A stretch of DNA of 64,000 bases from Gemmatimonadota bacterium (GTDB lineage: Bacteria; Gemmatimonadota; Gemmatimonadetes; Palauibacterales; Palauibacteraceae). The position numbers and the translations under genes were made by a program. Under the pieces are notes generated by a model. It was not told the DNA's origin. It saw only the letters and a program-made list of their open reading frames with translations, and did no database searches. Every line of letters begins with the position of its first letter. Position 1 is the first letter of the stretch. Of this stretch, positions 27,412 to 37,579 are shown one piece after another. Where the stretch lies: positions 7,896-71,895 of the forward strand of contig JBHHYZ010000007.1 of the NCBI GenBank assembly GCA_046757845.1, read 5' to 3'.

Positions 27412-30400
27412 TCAGATCTCCAACCGCCGCTGGCCGGCCAGCTCCCGGCGTCCGGCCCGGAGCCGAGCATGCCGCCGCACCCACGCGAGGGCATCATCCA
27501 GCGCCAGGTAGAAGGTGGGCACCACAAACAGGGTGAGGACCGTGGACACCGTCATGCCCCCCATCACCGCTACCCCGAGAGGGCGACGCGACTCGGCGCC
27601 GGCGCCGAGCGCCAGCGCGATCGGGGCCACCCCCAGAATGACGGTGGTCGAAGTCATGAGGATGGGCCGCAGCCGGACCAGGCCCGCTCGGATCACCGCC
27701 TCCCTGCGCGCCATCCCTCGCCGCCGCAGCGTGTTGGTGTAGTCGACCAGGAGGATGGAATTCTTGGTCACCAGGCCCACCAGCATGATGACTCCGATCA
27801 TGCTGTAGATGTTGAGCGTCATGCCGAGCGCCGCCAGGGACACGACGGCGCCGAAGAAGGCGAAGGGAAGCGCCAGCATGATCGTCAGCGGGTGAACGAA
27901 GCTCTCGAACTGGCCGGCCAGCACCAGATACACTGCGACCACCGCCAGGAAGAGCGCGAACAGGAGACTGGAGATCGAGTCCCTGAACAGCTGCGCCTCG
28001 CCCGTCACCTCCGTGCGGAACTTCGGCGTGAGCGTCTCGGCGGCGATCGCGTCCACCCGCTTCAGCCCTTCCCCCAGCGGGATCCCGTCCAGGTTGGCGT
28101 CCAGGGTGGCCGCGCGGATTCGGTCCACGTGGTTGATCTGGCTGGGACCGACGCCCTCCCGCACGTCGACCACGTTAGCCAGTTGGACGAGCTGTCCACC
28201 GGCCCCCCGGAGGAAGATGGACCGAAGATCGTCGGGAGAGCTCCGGTCGGACTTCCGGAGCTGCGCGATCACGTCGAACCGCTCGTTCCCACGCCTGAAC
28301 TTGCTCAGATCCTGCCCGCCGAGCAGCACCTGCAGCGTGGTCGCGACATCGGCCACCCGAACGCCTACCGCCGCCGCCTTGGCCCGGTTGACCGTGACCG
28401 AGAGCTTCGGCTTGTCCAGCTTCAGATCCGTGTCCACGGCCTGCAGGCCCGGCGTGCGACGCATCCTGGCCACCATCGCCTCGGAGGCCCGCGATAGCTG
28501 GTCCAGATCCGGATTCTGGATCACGTACTGCAGGGGCTTGCCGCGGCCCGTCTGAAACGCGCTGAACGAGATGAGGTACACGTTCACGCCGGCCAGCTTA
28601 CGGACCTTAGCCCTCAGCCGGTCCATGATCTCGAACTGGTCGAGCTTCCGATCGTCCTTGAGCCGGATGTACACGAAGCCGCTGTTCACCGAGGCGGGGC
28701 CGCCGAAGCCCAGGCCGATGGCCGAGAAATACCGGTCGATCCCCTCCGTCTCCCGGGCCATCTCCTCGATCTGCCGCAGGTAGCTGTCCGTGTACGCCAG
28801 GGTGGCGCCTTCCGGCGCCTTCACGCTGGCCATGAACCCTCCCCGATCTTCCGGAGGGGCGAACTCCTTCCCCATCACGGCCATGAGAACGCCGCTGGCC
28901 ACCAGGGACGCCACGGCCAGTCCGAGCACGAGCACCCGGTGGCCCAACGCCCAGCCCAGCGCCGTGCCGTACCTGTCCGTGAGCCACGCCAGTCCCCGCT
29001 CGATCTTCAGCAGCAGACCCCGCGGGCTGCCCAGCTTGAGATAGCGGGAGGAGACCATCGGAGTCAGGGTGAGCGAGACGAACGCCGAGATGGCCACCGC
29101 CACGGCCACCGTGAGGGCGAACTCCCGGAACAGGCGCCCGATCACTCCGCTGATGAAGCCCAGTGGAAGGAAGACGATGATCAGGGTGAGCGAGATCGCG
29201 ATCACCGCGAAGGCGATCTCGCCCGTCCCGTCCCGGGCGGCGTCTCGGGCGCTCTTCCCCTCCTCCATATGGCGGTAGGTGTTCTCCAGGACCACGATCG
29301 CGTCGTCGATCACGATTCCGATGACCAGCACCAGAGCCAGCAGCGTGAGCGTGTTGATCGAGAAGCCCAGCAGGCTCAGGGCCGCGAACGAGCCGATGAG
29401 GGACACCGGGATGGCCAGGGTCGGAATCAGCGTCGCCCAGCCGCTGTGCAGGAACAGGTAGATCAGGGCCACCACAAGGAGGAAGGCCACCACGAGCGTC
29501 TGCTGCACCTCGTGCAGAGAGTCCTGGATGTGCTCGGAGTTGTCGACCGCGAACGAGAGGATGTAGCCCGGGGGCAGGTTGGCGCGGATTCGGTCCACCT
29601 CCGCGTGGACCAGCCGGGCCACGTCCACCGTGTTGGCCTCCGGCTGCCGGACCACCCCGAGCCCGATAGTCGGTTCGCCATTGAACCGGGCGATCGTGCG
29701 CTCGTTCTCGACCCCCGCGACCGCCCGTCCCACGGCGCCCAGCCGGACCGGCACCCCATCGCGCCACGCCACGATCAGATCGTTGAACTGCTCCGGGGTG
29801 GTGAACTGCCCCTCGGTCCGAACGCTGAACTCCCGGCTGTCGCTCTCGATGCGGCCGGACGGGATCTCCACGTTGCCTTCCTGCAGCGCGCGACGGATGT
29901 CCGGAACCGTGAGATCGTAGGCCGCCAGCTTCTGGGCATCGAGCCGTACCCGGACCGCGAACCGCTGGGCGCCTCCGAAGATGACCGAGCCCACTCCGGG
30001 AAGCGTCTGCAACCGATCCTTGATCACGTTCTCGGCGTAGTCGTTGACCTCCGTCATGTCGACGGACGGGTTCTGAAGGGTAAGCCAGATGATGGGCTGG
30101 GCGTCGGGATCCAGCTTGGCGATGACCGGCTCTTCCACATCGTCCGGCAGCTGCCCCCGCACCCGGCTGACCTTGTCCCGCACATCCTGCAGAGCCAGGT
30201 CGATGTCGCGGCTCAACTCGAACTCGACCGTCACCAGGCTCGCTCCCTCCCCGCTGACGGAAGAGAGCTTGCGAATCCCCTCGATCGTGTTGATGTCGCT
30301 CTCCAGAACTTCGGTCACCTCGGTCTCCACGACCTCCGGGCTGGCGCCTGGCAGCACGGTGGTGACGCTCACGATCGGGAAATCGATCTTCGGCAGCTCG

Positions 30401-30504
30401 CGCACGGGCAGGCCCCGGTACCCGAGCCAGCCCACGAGCAGGATCGCCGCCGTGACCACGGTCGTCAGGACCGGCCGCTCTATGGACCTGTCGGACAGGA
30501 ACAT
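27412..30504 (-). CDS. RND (HAE1/AcrB-type) efflux transporter permease
   Basis: 1030 aa, 12-TM architecture with two large periplasmic loops. N-terminus MFLSDRSIERPVLTTVVTAAILLVG, plus VIGIVIDDAIVVLEN and LVTKNSILLVDY blocks. Confidence 0.95.
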   Translation of the reverse strand: MFLSDRSIERPVLTTVVTAAILLVGWLGYRGLPVRELPKIDFPIVSVTTVLPGASPEVVETEVTEVLESDINTIEGIRKLSSVSGEGASLVTVEFELSRDIDLALQDVRDKVSRVRGQLPDDVEEPVIAKLDPDAQPIIWLTLQNPSVDMTEVNDYAENVIKDRLQTLPGVGSVIFGGAQRFAVRVRLDAQKLAAYDLTVPDIRRALQEGNVEIPSGRIESDSREFSVRTEGQFTTPEQFNDLIVAWRDGVPVRLGAVGRAVAGVENERTIARFNGEPTIGLGVVRQPEANTVDVARLVHAEVDRIRANLPPGYILSFAVDNSEHIQDSLHEVQQTLVVAFLLVVALIYLFLHSGWATLIPTLAIPVSLIGSFAALSLLGFSINTLTLLALVLVIGIVIDDAIVVLENTYRHMEEGKSARDAARDGTGEIAFAVIAISLTLIIVFLPLGFISGVIGRLFREFALTVAVAVAISAFVSLTLTPMVSSRYLKLGSPRGLLLKIERGLAWLTDRYGTALGWALGHRVLVLGLAVASLVASGVLMAVMGKEFAPPEDRGGFMASVKAPEGATLAYTDSYLRQIEEMARETEGIDRYFSAIGLGFGGPASVNSGFVYIRLKDDRKLDQFEIMDRLRAKVRKLAGVNVYLISFSAFQTGRGKPLQYVIQNPDLDQLSRASEAMVARMRRTPGLQAVDTDLKLDKPKLSVTVNRAKAAAVGVRVADVATTLQVLLGGQDLSKFRRGNERFDVIAQLRKSDRSSPDDLRSIFLRGAGGQLVQLANVVDVREGVGPSQINHVDRIRAATLDANLDGIPLGEGLKRVDAIAAETLTPKFRTEVTGEAQLFRDSISSLLFALFLAVVAVYLVLAGQFESFVHPLTIMLALPFAFFGAVVSLAALGMTLNIYSMIGVIMLVGLVTKNSILLVDYTNTLRRRGMARREAVIRAGLVRLRPILMTSTTVILGVAPIALALGAGAESRRPLGVAVMGGMTVSTVLTLFVVPTFYLALDDALAWVRRHARLRAGRRELAGQRRLEI

Positions 30505-30507
30505 CGC

Positions 30508-31680
30508 TCAGTTCTCCGCGCCATCCTGTGTGAATTCGGTCTCCGGCGGCGCGCGTAGGGTGGGCGCCACCGCCGACCCTTCCCGGATCTTCTGTTGCCC
30601 GGCCACCACCACCGTGTCCCCGAGCGCCACGCCTCGCACCACCTCGACGACCCCGCGAACCCGTTCTCCGGTCTCCACCTTCTGCAGATACGCCTGGCCG
30701 GCCCGGATCAGGAACACGAAGCTCTCCCCTCCCCGCGGGACGATCGCCGCCTCCGGAAGCACGAGAGCATCCGGACGGTGCTCGAGGCCCAGCGTGACGC
30801 TGGCGAACTGGCCGCTCCGCAGCAGCCCATCCGGGTTCCCCACCCGGGCCTTCATGCGGACCGTGCGATTCACGGGATCGACGGTCGGACTCACGAAGTC
30901 CACCGTCCCCCGGAAAGCCCGATCCGGAAAGCTCTCCACCCGCAGCGTCACGGGGCTGCCGCGCCGGAGGCGGCCGATGTAACGTTCCGGCACCGAGAAG
31001 CCGATCCGGAGAGAATCGTCGTCGACCAGCGCGAACAGGGGTTCCCCCTCACGCACGTAGTCCCCCACGTCGACCCGGCGCTCCCCCGTGCGCCCGGTGA
31101 ACGGCGCTCGCACCGAAGCGTCCGCGAGCCGGCGCCGCTCCAGGGCGGCCGTCGCTCTCGCCTCCTCCAGACGGGCCCGCGATGCCTCATAGGCCGTCTT
31201 CAGGTCGTCGTAAGCCTGCTGAGAGATCGCGCCTGCCCGCAGCAGGCCGTCGTTCCGTTCCACCTGCCGGCGGAGATTCTCCGTCTCCGCGGCGTATCTC
31301 GCCTCGACGGCCTCGGCCTCCTCGAGCTGTGCCTGAAGCTTGGCCCGGTCCAGCACGAGCACGCTCTGACCTCGCCGAACGCGCTCGCCCTCCCGGAACA
31401 GGATTCGCGCCACACGCCCCTCGGCTTCCGCTTTGACATCCACGTCCGCGGCCGCCTCGAGCGAGCCCACGGAGCGCACGGTGATGGTCAGGGTGTCGGT
31501 CCGGGCCACCACCGCCTCCACCGGCACCGGCGCCCCCGACGAACGTTCGGCGGCCTCGTTGCCGCGGCACGATGAGACAGCGGCCAGCAGGGCCAATGAC
31601 GCGCCCCGCACGGCCGATGAACTCCAGCTCACGGCCCTTCGACGCCGTGACGTAGCAGTGGGCATCACTCGACTCGCCAT
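30508..31680 (-). CDS. RND efflux periplasmic adaptor (MFP/HlyD family), lipoprotein-like
   Basis: Trimmed to MASRVMPTATSRRRRAVSW...LLAAVSSCRG. Coiled-coil hairpin (KLQAQLEEAEAVEARYAAETENLRRQVERN) and beta-barrel blocks. The stop is 3 nt upstream of the RND start. Confidence 0.88.
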   Translation of the reverse strand: MASRVMPTATSRRRRAVSWSSSAVRGASLALLAAVSSCRGNEAAERSSGAPVPVEAVVARTDTLTITVRSVGSLEAAADVDVKAEAEGRVARILFREGERVRRGQSVLVLDRAKLQAQLEEAEAVEARYAAETENLRRQVERNDGLLRAGAISQQAYDDLKTAYEASRARLEEARATAALERRRLADASVRAPFTGRTGERRVDVGDYVREGEPLFALVDDDSLRIGFSVPERYIGRLRRGSPVTLRVESFPDRAFRGTVDFVSPTVDPVNRTVRMKARVGNPDGLLRSGQFASVTLGLEHRPDALVLPEAAIVPRGGESFVFLIRAGQAYLQKVETGERVRGVVEVVRGVALGDTVVVAGQQKIREGSAVAPTLRAPPETEFTQDGAEN

Positions 31681-31688
31681 TTCGTTTC

Positions 31689-32189
31689 TCAGCGCGGATC
31701 GCCCGCCACCGCGACGGGCGGAGCGGAGATCTTCCGGCGCTCCCATTCGGCCAGGATGTCGCACATCCGCTCCTGCGCGAACGCGATGAACTCCACGTGG
31801 TCCTTGAGCGCCAGCCGCACCTGCTCGCAGCAACCTCCCTCGTCCAGCACATCCTGGAGTAGCTGGCGCAGGATGAACGTGCGCTCGATCCTCCTCTCGA
31901 TCTGATCCCGCCAGTCCCCGACCCGACTCCGGAAGTAGCGCTTCCGGTCCCCCAGACGTCGTACGGACTCCACCTTCTCCAGATTCAACAGGAGGTTGAC
32001 CGCCGCGCTGGTGGCTCCCTTGCTGAGACCCGTCAGCTCGCGGATCTCATCGAAGGTGAGCTCCCCCTTGGGACAGATGAGCAGCAGTCCGAGAACCCGG
32101 CCCGCCGCTGGCGGCATGCCGATTTCCTCCTCGTACGCACCGAGGCGCTCCACCAACCGGCACTGCTTCTCCGTGAGCTTCTTGGCCAT
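31689..32189 (-). CDS. MarR/GbsR-type winged-helix transcriptional regulator
   Basis: Trimmed to MAKKLTEKQCRLVERLG. wHTH segment LTFDEIRELTGLSKGATSAAVNLLLNLEKVESV. First gene of the efflux operon. Confidence 0.75.
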   Translation of the reverse strand: MAKKLTEKQCRLVERLGAYEEEIGMPPAAGRVLGLLLICPKGELTFDEIRELTGLSKGATSAAVNLLLNLEKVESVRRLGDRKRYFRSRVGDWRDQIERRIERTFILRQLLQDVLDEGGCCEQVRLALKDHVEFIAFAQERMCDILAEWERRKISAPPVAVAGDPR

Positions 32190-32246
32190 CGGTTTTCTCC
32201 CTCCCGGGATGCTCCCGGCTCTCCGGGTTCGACTGCTGTTCGCGAC

Positions 32247-32278
32247 CATAGTTCATTTAGTTCAGAAAAACAAGAACC
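32247..32278 (-). promoter_or_regulatory. AT-rich island upstream of marR-efflux operon (candidate promoter/operator)
   Basis: catagttcatttagttcagaaaaacaagaacc lies 58-89 nt upstream of the marR start. It is locally much lower in GC than its surroundings. Confidence 0.3.
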
Positions 32279-32340
32279 GAACGGGGCGCCTCTCCCAAGC
32301 GGCTGGAGAGGCGGTAGTTGGCAGCGCTCCGGTCAGCGTT

Positions 32341-34404
32341 TCAGTCGCCGGTTCCCCGGTAGCGATCGAACCAGGCGAGCACGTACTGGACCTTGGCGAT
32401 CAGGTGGCTGGGACGTGCCGCGATGCCGTGGCCCGAGTCCGGGATGCGAACCAGCACGCTGGGCACCTCGCGCAGCTTCAGGGCCTGATAGAACTGCTCG
32501 GACTCCGAGATCGGAGTGCGGTAATCCTCTTCTCCCGTGATCAGCATGGTGGGGGTGGTCACGTGACCGGCGTAGGAGATGGGGGACCGTTTCATGTAGT
32601 GTTCCAGGTTGTCCCACGGGAGCCCGGGCAGCCAGTACTTGTAGATGGTCCCGATGTCCGCGGTGAGAACCCAGCTATACCAATTGATGACCGGTTTCTG
32701 CACCACCGCCGCCGCGAAGCGGTCCGTGTGGCCCACGATCCAGCTCGACAGTACGCCGCCGCCGCTCCCGCCGGTCACGAACAGGTGATCCTCGTCCACG
32801 TAGCCCCGGGCGATCACCGCGTCGACCCCCGACATCAGGTCGTCGTAGTCGTGCCCCGGGTAGGCGTGGTGAATCAGGTTGCCGAACTCCTCCCCATAGC
32901 TCGTGCTTCCCCGCGGATTGGTGTAGAGCACCACGTATCCCGCCGCCGCGTACAGTTGGATCTCGGCCGCGAAGCGGTCCCCGTAGTTGGCGAACGGCCC
33001 GCCGTGGATTTCCAGGATGAGCGGGTATTTCCTCGTCGGATCGAAGCCCGGCGGCTTGACGATCCACCCCTGGATCCTCCGGCCGTCGAACGAGGACTCG
33101 AACCACATCTCCTCGACCCGGCCCAGCTCCTTGTGCCCCAGCAGGTCGTCGTTGAGCCGGGTGAGGCGCACGGGCGGCTTGCCCGCCGCGGCCACCGCCA
33201 GGTCGGCGGGATGATCCGGGCGCGTCTCGGTGAACGCGAAACGTCCATCCGCCGCCACCGAGTAGCTGCCGCCCGAGTAAGGCCGGCCCAGCGAGAGGCC
33301 ACCCACATCGGAGGCCAGCGTGGCCACCGCGCCGTCCAGGGTCACGTAGCCGAGCTTTCCGTTCCCTTCGTCGTCATACTGGAAGAACAGGCCCTTCCCG
33401 TCGGCCGCCCACCGCACCCGCGCCACGCTCCGGTCCAGCGACGAGGTCAGCGCGCGGCTCCCCCCTCCATCGCGGCTCATCACGTACAGGCGGGTCACCT
33501 GGTAGCCCTGGTAGCGATCGTCGAAGCCCGTGTACGCGATCATCGAGCCATCCGGGGACACGATGGCGCCGTTGTCGGGCCCGTGCCGGCGTGTGAGCGC
33601 CCGAATCGAACCGTCCTCGACCGAGATCTCGTACACCTCGGTGTCGTTGGAATCGTACTCCCAATCCTCGTGGCGATTCGCCGACAGGATCAGGTGCCGG
33701 CCATCCGGGGTCCACGACGGGGTGCCCCGCTCGTTGAACGGTCCCCGGGTGAGCTGGCGTGGAGTCCCGCCTTCGGCCGGCAGGATGAAGACGTGCGTGT
33801 AACCGGGAGGCAGGTAGCCGGCGCCGTCGAATCGGTAGTTGAGCCGCCGCATGACGCGCGGCGCTCCGGCCCACTCGGCGCCTTTCGGCTTGGCCGGCAT
33901 GTGGGCGAAAGGCTTTGGCGTCTCGGGCACGAAGAGGGTGAGCGCGATCCTCCGGCCATCCGGCGACCACGCGATCCCGCCCGGGCTCCTGTCGAGATGC
34001 GTCAGCATGGCCGTCTGTCCGGTGTCCATCCAGCGGCGAAACAGCTGAAGCTTACCGTTCTCATCCTTCCCGACATACAGGATCTGCGAGCCATCCGGCG
34101 ACCACCGCGGTGAGGAGTAGTCCGCATCGCCCGTGGTGAGCGGCCGGTTTCCCGTGCCATCGGCGTTGACGATCCACAGGTTCCGGCGCGGCCGGTCCGT
34201 CATGATGTCCAGGCTGGTGCGGACGTAGATGATCCTGCGGCCGTCCGGGGAGATCTGGGGATCCGCCGCGTACTCCAACTGGAACACGTCGGCTGGCTGA
34301 AACCGGGAATCGGCGGCGGCGGCGGCATCTCCGGCCGCCTGCTGCGCGGCGAGCGCGGGCCCCATCAGGAGCGTCGCGCCGAACGCGAGGAACAGCTTGT
34401 TCAT
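32341..34404 (-). CDS. S9 family serine peptidase (acylaminoacyl-peptidase/DPP-like; beta-propeller + alpha/beta hydrolase), secreted
   Basis: Trimmed to MNKLFLAFGATLLMGPALAAQQ. PD40-type propeller repeats (ISPDGRRIIY, WSPDGSQILY, WSPDGRRIAL). Nucleophile elbow TGGSGGG, and C-terminal GHGI. Confidence 0.88.
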   Translation of the reverse strand: MNKLFLAFGATLLMGPALAAQQAAGDAAAAADSRFQPADVFQLEYAADPQISPDGRRIIYVRTSLDIMTDRPRRNLWIVNADGTGNRPLTTGDADYSSPRWSPDGSQILYVGKDENGKLQLFRRWMDTGQTAMLTHLDRSPGGIAWSPDGRRIALTLFVPETPKPFAHMPAKPKGAEWAGAPRVMRRLNYRFDGAGYLPPGYTHVFILPAEGGTPRQLTRGPFNERGTPSWTPDGRHLILSANRHEDWEYDSNDTEVYEISVEDGSIRALTRRHGPDNGAIVSPDGSMIAYTGFDDRYQGYQVTRLYVMSRDGGGSRALTSSLDRSVARVRWAADGKGLFFQYDDEGNGKLGYVTLDGAVATLASDVGGLSLGRPYSGGSYSVAADGRFAFTETRPDHPADLAVAAAGKPPVRLTRLNDDLLGHKELGRVEEMWFESSFDGRRIQGWIVKPPGFDPTRKYPLILEIHGGPFANYGDRFAAEIQLYAAAGYVVLYTNPRGSTSYGEEFGNLIHHAYPGHDYDDLMSGVDAVIARGYVDEDHLFVTGGSGGGVLSSWIVGHTDRFAAAVVQKPVINWYSWVLTADIGTIYKYWLPGLPWDNLEHYMKRSPISYAGHVTTPTMLITGEEDYRTPISESEQFYQALKLREVPSVLVRIPDSGHGIAARPSHLIAKVQYVLAWFDRYRGTGD

Positions 34405-34704
34405 CGAGGCCTCCGGGAATGAGCGGGCTGCGGCTGCTTGCTGCATCGTGCCCATACTACCGGAGGCCGGCGGTCCCGGGCCAGCACCGCACGCCGCGGG
34501 GGCGGCGCACCCGTTACCCGGGCCGGCCCCGGGCGCCGCCGCCCCGCACGGATGGCGTCGATACTCTATGCGGAAAACGGCGCCATCCGGCCCATGCCGG
34601 CCTGTCTCGGAATCGCCGGCCTCCCTATGTTGAGCGTTCGTTCCCGACCCCGACAGAGCGCCGGGGCGTGACCGGCAACGAAAAGCAGACGCGAGGAATC
34701 CGGC

Positions 34705-35793
34705 GTGAGCAGAGCCCAGACGATGCGTCCTCCCGTCACGATTCGCTGGACGGACGATGGAGCCGGGCTGCTCATCCTGGACCAGACGGAGTTGCCGGAG
34801 CGCAGGATCGAGCGAGAGCTTCGCGACCTCGCCGAAGTGGAGGAGGCGATCCGGAGCCTGCGCGTCCGGGGAGCCCCGCTGATCGGGATCACGGCGGCGA
34901 TGGGAGTGGCCGCCCTGGCCCGGACGGCCTCCCCTGCCGAAGATCTCGCGACCCGCGTCGGCCAATGGTGCGACAGTTTGGCCGCCGCGCGGCCGACGGC
35001 CGTGAACCTGGCCTGGGCCCTCCGGCGAATGCGCCGGGTAGCGGAACGGGCGGCCGCCCGCGCGGTTTCCTCCGAGGAGCTGGTGGAGCGCCTCCGGGCG
35101 GAGGCCGACCGAATCCTGGACGAGGATCGCGCCATGTGCCGTGAGATCGGTCGGCACGCCGTGGACCTGCTCCGGGACGGCGGCACCGTGATCACCCACT
35201 GCAATGCGGGAGCCCTGGCGACCGGCGGAATCGGGACGGCGCTGGCTCCCGTTTACGTGGCCGCGGAGAGAGGATGGCACGTGCACGTCTACGCAGATGA
35301 GACCCGGCCGCTGCTGCAGGGAAGCCGGCTCACCGCCTGGGAGCTGGGCGAAGCGGGAATCGAGGTCACGGTGATCGCCGACAACATGGCCGGCGCGCTC
35401 ATGAGCCGGGAACGCCCCGACGCCGTTCTGGTGGGAGCGGACCGGATCGCGGCCAACGGCGACGTCGCCAACAAGGTCGGCACGTACGGGCTGGCCGTCC
35501 TGGCTCGTCACCACAGCGTTCCCGTTTACGTTCTGGCCCCCACCTCGACGGTGGATCTGGAGGCCACCAGCGGAGCGGAGATCCCGATCGAGCACCGTTC
35601 CGCCGAGGAGATCCGGCGCGGCTTCGGGTCGCTCACGGCTCCGGCGGACTCGGACGTGTGGAGCCCGGCGTTCGACGTGACTCCGGCCGAACTGGTGTCG
35701 GCCATCGTCACCGAGCGGGGGATCTGCCGACCTCCGTTCGAGTCCGGATTGAGGGCGGCGGTGGAGACCGCGGTCCGGGAGCGCCTCGGATGA
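34705..35793 (+). CDS. mtnA: S-methyl-5-thioribose-1-phosphate isomerase (eIF-2B family)
   Basis: 362 aa with a GTG start. Contains LILDQTELP, IRSLRVRGAPLIGITAA, THCNAGALAT, and GADRIAANGDVANKVGTY. Confidence 0.9.
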   Translation: MSRAQTMRPPVTIRWTDDGAGLLILDQTELPERRIERELRDLAEVEEAIRSLRVRGAPLIGITAAMGVAALARTASPAEDLATRVGQWCDSLAAARPTAVNLAWALRRMRRVAERAAARAVSSEELVERLRAEADRILDEDRAMCREIGRHAVDLLRDGGTVITHCNAGALATGGIGTALAPVYVAAERGWHVHVYADETRPLLQGSRLTAWELGEAGIEVTVIADNMAGALMSRERPDAVLVGADRIAANGDVANKVGTYGLAVLARHHSVPVYVLAPTSTVDLEATSGAEIPIEHRSAEEIRRGFGSLTAPADSDVWSPAFDVTPAELVSAIVTERGICRPPFESGLRAAVETAVRERLG

Positions 35794-36173
35794 CCGAGAC
35801 GCCCGCCATGCGGATCAGAGTGGAGCCCTACTTCCTGGCCGGCCAGTCGGATCCGCGAGTCCCGCGCTACGTGTTCCCGTACAACGCCCGGATCGAGAAC
35901 GCCGGCCGGGAGCCGGCGCAACTGTACTGGAGACACTGGATCATCCATGACCCGGTAGCGGGCGATCAGGAGGTACAGGGAGAGGGCGTGGTCGGAGAGA
36001 GCCCGCTGCTGCGCCCCGGCGAGGTCCACGAGTATCAGAGCTTCTGTGTCCTCGAGTCTCCGATCGGCCACATGGAAGGCTTCTACCACTTCCGCCGGGA
36101 GGACGGCTCGACCTTCCGCGCACCGATTCCCAGGTTCACGCTTCAGGCCCCGATGGGCCGCCCGGACGCGTAG
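35790..36173 (+). CDS. apaG: ApaG (DUF525) protein
   Basis: Trimmed to MTETPAMRIRVEPYF. Contains YVFPYNARIENAG and GEGVVGESPLLRPGEVHEYQS. ATGA overlap with the mtnA stop. Confidence 0.85.
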   Translation: MTETPAMRIRVEPYFLAGQSDPRVPRYVFPYNARIENAGREPAQLYWRHWIIHDPVAGDQEVQGEGVVGESPLLRPGEVHEYQSFCVLESPIGHMEGFYHFRREDGSTFRAPIPRFTLQAPMGRPDA

Positions 36174-36206
36174 CCGACGCCGCGCCGCCGGACGCTTCCG
36201 CGACGG

Positions 36207-37025
36207 ATGCTCGCCTCCCGACCCGCCAACGCGCTGCCCTGCCTGACCCCCGCCCAGATGCGCGAAGTGGACCGCGCGATGGTCGAGGACTACGGCATCA
36301 CGCTGCTCCAGATGATGGAGCAAGCCGGGCGCCACCTGGCCCATGTGGCCAGAGCCCGCTTCCTGGACGGAGACCCCCGCGGGCGGCCCGTGGCGATCCT
36401 GTGCGGGACGGGCGGAAACGGGGGAGGCGGGCTGGTGGCGGCCCGCCGTCTCCACGCCTGGGGGGCCCGGGTGCACGTGTTCACGACGCGGCGGGACGAG
36501 AGATTCTCGGGCGTGCCGGCCCTCCAGCTGTCGATCCTGCGTCGCCTGGAGGTGGGCGTCACGGCTCCCGAGCGGGCGGTGGAGAGAGAATCTCCGCTCC
36601 GCGGCGAGTCCATCGACGGCCGGGCGGAGCCGTTGCGTGGAGATAGGGCGCCGGTCGCCCTCTCCTCGTGCGATCTGATCCTGGACGCGCTCATCGGCTA
36701 CGGTCTCGCGGGCTCGCCGCGAGGCGCCGCCGCGCGGCTCATCGAGCTGGCCAACGCGCAGGGAGCACCCATCTTGAGCCTCGACGTGCCCTCGGGCCTG
36801 GACGCCGGCTCGGGCCGGGTCCGCGAGCCGACGATCCGCGCGGCGGCGACCCTGACCCTGGCCCTGCCGAAGACCGGCGTCCGCGAGCCGGCCGCAGCCG
36901 GCCACGTCGGGGAGCTGTACCTCGCGGACATCGGAGTGCCCCCCCAGCTGTATACCCGCCCCGGCCTCGGACTGCGGGTGGGCGCGATCTTCGCGCGCGA
37001 GGAGGTGCTGCGGCTGTCCGAGTGA
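36207..37025 (+). CDS. nnrE: NAD(P)H-hydrate epimerase (YjeF N-terminal domain only)
   Basis: 272 aa. Contains LTPAQMREVDRAMVEDYGITLLQMMEQAG and ILCGTGGNGGGGLVAARRL. No C-terminal dehydratase (NnrD) domain. Confidence 0.82.
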   Translation: MLASRPANALPCLTPAQMREVDRAMVEDYGITLLQMMEQAGRHLAHVARARFLDGDPRGRPVAILCGTGGNGGGGLVAARRLHAWGARVHVFTTRRDERFSGVPALQLSILRRLEVGVTAPERAVERESPLRGESIDGRAEPLRGDRAPVALSSCDLILDALIGYGLAGSPRGAAARLIELANAQGAPILSLDVPSGLDAGSGRVREPTIRAAATLTLALPKTGVREPAAAGHVGELYLADIGVPPQLYTRPGLGLRVGAIFAREEVLRLSE

Positions 37026-37093
37026 GAGGAGCCCAGGAGGCGGGGCTTCACGACCCACGACGTTACACAACCCACAACGAGGAGGGATGCAGC

Positions 37094-37525
37094 GTGCCTG
37101 AACCCATCGATCTGGCCTCGAGCGCCGAGCACGGAGAGGGGATCCATACGTTGCGCGGAGGGGAGAACTGCCGTGAGTGGAACAACATTCGCTACAAGGC
37201 GGGGCTGTCGGCCAACAACGTGCCGGCCCGGAAGCTGTCGATGAACGTGGCCACGGTCCCGCCCGGCGGGATCGCCTACGCGCACATCCACGTGGATTTC
37301 GAAGTGATGCTCTACCTGCTCCACGGACGAGTTCGGCACGAGTACGGGCCCGGCCTGAAGAATGTGGTGGAGAACGAGGCGGGAGACTTCATCTTCATCG
37401 AACCCGGAGTGCCCCACGAGGTGTTCAACCTCAGCGACACCGAGCCGGTGGTGGCCGTGGTGGCCCGTTCGGACCCGAACGAGTGGGAGAACATCGTCGA
37501 CTACGACCGAAGTTCCGGCGCGTGA
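37094..37525 (+). CDS. cupin domain protein
   Basis: GTG 37094 is preceded by GAGGAGG (37079-37085). Cupin motifs PPGGIAYAHIHVDFEVMLYLLHG and GDFIFIEPGVPHEV. The upstream part of ORF 36668..37525 overlaps nnrE out of frame. Confidence 0.75.
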   Translation: MPEPIDLASSAEHGEGIHTLRGGENCREWNNIRYKAGLSANNVPARKLSMNVATVPPGGIAYAHIHVDFEVMLYLLHGRVRHEYGPGLKNVVENEAGDFIFIEPGVPHEVFNLSDTEPVVAVVARSDPNEWENIVDYDRSSGA

Positions 37526-37579
37526 GACGCCGGACGACGGAGGGACGGGAGAGCGCGGCGGGGTGCTGAGGGGGTCCGT

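Noticed and set aside
34405-34704. Possible SAM/methionine riboswitch in the 300-nt divergent region upstream of mtnA.
   Set aside because: I could not find the conserved cores I remember for SAM-I, SAM-II or SAM-IV riboswitches. The region is GC-rich without an obvious multi-stem junction. A cmsearch against Rfam would settle it.
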